IMG/VR virus record: IMGVR_UViG_3300032320_001532
Location: 1-27,064 of that record
Length of the DNA: 27,064 nucleotides
Reading direction: 5' to 3' (one strand)
Origin: a virus
Taxonomy: Duplodnaviria; Caudoviricetes
A program made the position numbers and the translations under genes. Positions 25,609 through 27,064 of the stretch are shown one piece after another. The notes under the pieces were generated by a model. That model searched no databases and was not told where the DNA came from. It saw only the letters and a list, made by a program, of their open reading frames with translations. How positions within the stretch are numbered: the stretch's first letter is position 1; each line of letters opens with the position of its first letter.

Positions 25609-26398
25609 TTTCTCTTAGATCTTCTGTAAACAATGTTTTTGGAATGACAACTTTTATTTCAACAAACAAAGTGCCGCGATGTGTATTGTGTGGACCTGCT
25701 GGTAATCCGTAACTATCACATTTAATCATTTGTCCAGGTTGTATGCCTGCTGGAATTTTAATTTCTAGTTCTTTATTTTCTAAAGTTCTAAATCGAATAC
25801 TTTTACCTAGTATAGCATCAAACGCTGAAATTTCAAATTCAGCATAGAGGTCTCTTCCGTTTCTTTTAAATTTCGGATGAGGAATCTCTATGATCTGTGC
25901 AATCAAATCTCCGCGCGGTGTGCCCGGAACCATATCATCGCCTAATCCTCTAAAACGAATATTGTCTCCGTTTTGAACTCCGGCAGGAATTGATATTTGA
26001 ATATTTTGATCTTTACCGCTAGGTAGTCGAATATTTCCTGTAACTTCTTTTCCAACAAGTACTTCTTCTAATGTCATTTCGACACGTATGTTGATATTTC
26101 GATTTTTTCTCTGTCTTTGTTGAAAGCCACCAAATGGTCCACCTCCAAACATTGCTCCAAAGATATCTCCCATATCACCCATGTTACCAGTGTGGAAATG
26201 ATATTGAGGCATCGGGTTATCGTACTCTGCTCGCTTTTGATCATCACTGAGTGTACGATATGCTTCTTCAAGTTGTTGGAATTTAGCAGTATCACCTCCT
26301 CTGTCGGGGTGATGTTTAGCGGCCAATTTACGATATGCTTTTTTGATATCGTCCTGACTGGCAGATTTTGAAACTCCTAGTATTGAATAATAATCCAT
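25577..26398 (-). CDS. DnaJ-class co-chaperone without zinc finger (CbpA-like)
   Basis: DYYSILGV...HPD J-domain, G/F-rich linker, DnaJ C-terminal domain; no CxxCxGxG repeats. Confidence 0.93.
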   Translation of the reverse strand: MDYYSILGVSKSASQDDIKKAYRKLAAKHHPDRGGDTAKFQQLEEAYRTLSDDQKRAEYDNPMPQYHFHTGNMGDMGDIFGAMFGGGPFGGFQQRQRKNRNINIRVEMTLEEVLVGKEVTGNIRLPSGKDQNIQISIPAGVQNGDNIRFRGLGDDMVPGTPRGDLIAQIIEIPHPKFKRNGRDLYAEFEISAFDAILGKSIRFRTLENKELEIKIPAGIQPGQMIKCDSYGLPAGPHNTHRGTLFVEIKVVIPKTLFTEDLREIERISQRYGS

Positions 26399-26409
26399 AG
26401 TGTATGATG

Positions 26410-26443
26410 AAAAAAGGTATAGTAGTAATTATACTATACCTTT
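26410..26443 (-). terminator. Intrinsic terminator-like hairpin overlapping the dnaJ promoter
   Basis: 12-bp inverted repeat AAAGGTATAGTA (26413-26424 / 26432-26443), 7-nt loop, ending in a T6 run on the minus strand. Confidence 0.65.
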
Positions 26444-26456
26444 CTTAGTTAGTCAA
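26428..26456 (-). promoter_or_regulatory. Sigma70-type promoter for dnaJ-def-clpA
   Basis: TTGACT (26456-26451), 17 bp spacer, TATAAT (26433-26428). Confidence 0.85.
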
Positions 26457-26460
26457 GAAA

Positions 26461-26667
26461 TTATTTCTTCTTTTCTGGCTTAGTATCTTCTACTTTGGTG
26501 CCTTCGTGTTTCTTGTGTACTTTGACTGTTTTACAAACTTCTTTTTCCTTGCCAGTCTTTGCATCCTTTTGAGTTACACAGGCCTTCTTAGTTTTTGGTG
26601 CTTCATCAGCAGCCAATGTTGGCATTGCAAATGCCGCTGTTAGTAATAATGCTACGAATGTCTTCAT
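26461..26667 (-). CDS. Small secreted Lys-rich protein
   Basis: Sec signal MKTFVALLLTAAFAMPTLA; Cys pair; AAGGAG SD. Confidence 0.82.
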   Translation of the reverse strand: MKTFVALLLTAAFAMPTLAADEAPKTKKACVTQKDAKTGKEKEVCKTVKVHKKHEGTKVEDTKPEKKK

Positions 26668-26680
26668 TTGATTTCTCCTT

Positions 26681-27064
26681 TTAGAGTTCTGGTTGTTCTG
26701 GTTGCACTGGCATAGGTTTTCCGGATGATGAAAAACCTACTGTGGCTGGCGCTGGAGTTGCTTTAGGTGCGCTTCCAAAGCCGCTTCCGCCGCCCAAGGG
26801 TTGTGAGCCAAAGGAACTTGTGACTGGTGCTGGAGCACTGAAGCCCCCAGGTGCGGCACCAAATCCTGGCGCAGGTGTGCTAGGTGCTGTAAAGTTGCTT
26901 GATGGTACTGTTGCTCCGCCATTGTTTGCTCCGTTTAGTTTTTCTTGTGTACGACCAAATGCCGCAATACCAAGAACTGCACCCATTGCGATGTGGAATA
27001 AACCAGCACCTTGAAGTGTTAATGGATTCCATTGTGTGATTTGTGTATGGGTAAAGGTCTGTAA
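26681..27064 (-). CDS. Holin-like membrane protein (GTA 3-TM holin-like), C-terminal part; starts beyond the right edge
   Basis: Frame is open to 27064: ...QWNPLTLQGAGLFHIAMGAVLGIAAFGRTQEK, then a Pro/Gly/Ala-rich tail. Confidence 0.6.
   Translation of the reverse strand, partial: LQTFTHTQITQWNPLTLQGAGLFHIAMGAVLGIAAFGRTQEKLNGANNGGATVPSSNFTAPSTPAPGFGAAPGGFSAPAPVTSSFGSQPLGGGSGFGSAPKATPAPATVGFSSSGKPMPVQPEQPEL

Noticed and set aside
22857-26398. Bacterial chromosomal origin suggested by clpA, def, dnaJ and dps
   Set aside because: The context is T4-like (PolB, clamp-like gene, late-type promoters, holin-like gene, single-strand dense coding), so these are best read as phage-carried auxiliary genes.
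483-27014. All plus-strand ORFs and short nested minus-strand ORFs in the track
   Set aside because: They lie antisense to or within well-supported genes, with no motifs or SD; typical shadow ORFs.
1-27064. Stop-codon reassignment as in some large phages
   Set aside because: Conserved genes are full length under code 11; TAA, TGA and TAG (e.g. 22235-22237) all end genes at sensible positions.

Overview
This is a 27 kb segment of a large, AT-rich dsDNA phage with T4-like replication and late-gene logic, probably a jumbo myovirus. All credible genes are on the minus strand, tightly packed and often translationally coupled through ATGA or TAATG overlaps. In transcription order (right to left) the window holds four blocks. 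(1) A holin-like gene and a proteostasis operon (DnaJ, peptide deformylase, ClpA-type ATPase). (2) A ~12 kb block under ATAAATAC late-type promoters. It encodes mosaic proteins with capsid-targeting-like N-termini and repeated hydrophobic-x-E junctions, including a Pol-beta nucleotidyltransferase, a KxDG ligase-like protein, an HxGH nucleotidyltransferase, a HAD+HExxH fusion, Dps and a peptidoglycan-binding protein, plus a candidate pseudoknotted ncRNA. (3) A replication module (DsbA-like protein, family B DNA polymerase preceded by twin operator-like hairpins, sliding clamp). (4) A base-modification operon (TGT/DpdA-like transglycosylase, two sugar-type oxidoreductases, QueD-like protein, glycosyltransferase), which may make a glycosylated 7-deazaguanine. 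All calls come from reading motifs by eye; no searches were run.
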